The notes under the pieces: generated by a model | Databases searched by the model: none | What the model was told of the DNA's origin: nothing | Seen by the model: the letters and a program-made list of their open reading frames with translations, nothing else | Position numbers and translations under genes: made by a program | Part shown: positions 52,096 to 52,133 of the stretch, in pieces | Numbering within the stretch: the stretch's first letter is position 1 | Layout of the letters: each line of letters starts with the position of its first letter | Assembly (NCBI GenBank): GCA_005881235.1 | Contig: VBEQ01000154.1 | Location: 1-52,133, forward strand | Direction of reading: 5' to 3' | Source of the DNA: Chloroflexota bacterium | Lineage (GTDB): Bacteria; Chloroflexota; Dormibacteria; CF-121 | DNA length: 52,133 nt

Positions 52096-52133
52096 CGAGG
52101 CGTCCAGCCGCAGGGCTTGCTGGCGGGTCTGCT

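Noticed and set aside
1-52133. Scan for CRISPR arrays, rRNA genes, IS elements, prophage genes or toxin-antitoxin pairs.
   Set aside because: I saw no regularly spaced direct repeats, no rRNA-like conserved stretches, and no transposase, integrase or phage-structural motifs in any frame. The only repeats found are the intragenic ones reported above.

Overview
GC-rich bacterial chromosomal window (about two-thirds G+C by eye, not computed). It is densely coding, with about 65 protein genes, one tRNA and no rRNA, CRISPR array or recognisable mobile element. All product calls come from my own motif and synteny reading of the translations; no database search was possible. About 80% of the window is core housekeeping in a Firmicutes/Chloroflexi/Actinobacteria-like gene order, mostly on the minus strand. 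The blocks are rpsB-tsf-pyrH; comM-dprA-topA; smc-ftsY-(DUF2007)-ylxM-ffh-rpsP-KH-rimM-trmD-rplS-rnhB-yraN; a regulator plus modABC; rpmF-fabD-fabG-acpP-rnc; rsmD-coaD; degV-recG; rpmB divergent from asp23-yloV; rpe; and yugP-rlmN-HAD-lipoprotein. Accessory patches lie at 6.6-10.0 kb (an acetyltransferase/Zn-ribbon/CoA-type Nudix/SIS unit) and at 38.9-42.8 kb. The second patch holds two tandem paralogous about 46-49 aa ORFs, an orphan Flp pilin, an acetyltransferase, tRNA-Leu(GAG), an OmpR-type regulator and a UPF0016 transporter. The best candidate for a new system is the right-hand 9.3 kb (42801 to the window edge). There, six overlap-coupled minus-strand genes encode three histidine kinases, a CheY-like protein and two coiled-coil proteins. 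One is an 863-aa protein with about 500 aa of coiled coil, an H-box DHp domain with no ATPase domain, and two receivers. None of the six genes has a conventional output domain. Two other recurring signals stand out. (1) Several conserved genes (rnc, fabD, rlmN, the SIS gene) have their conserved N-terminal motifs upstream of the first ATG/GTG/TTG, which implies CTG/ATC/ATT initiation, including a CTGA stop/start overlap. (2) The rpe leader has a three-way competing pairing that can sequester the GTG start codon. Many long ORFs in the track are antisense or shadow frames of real genes and were rejected.
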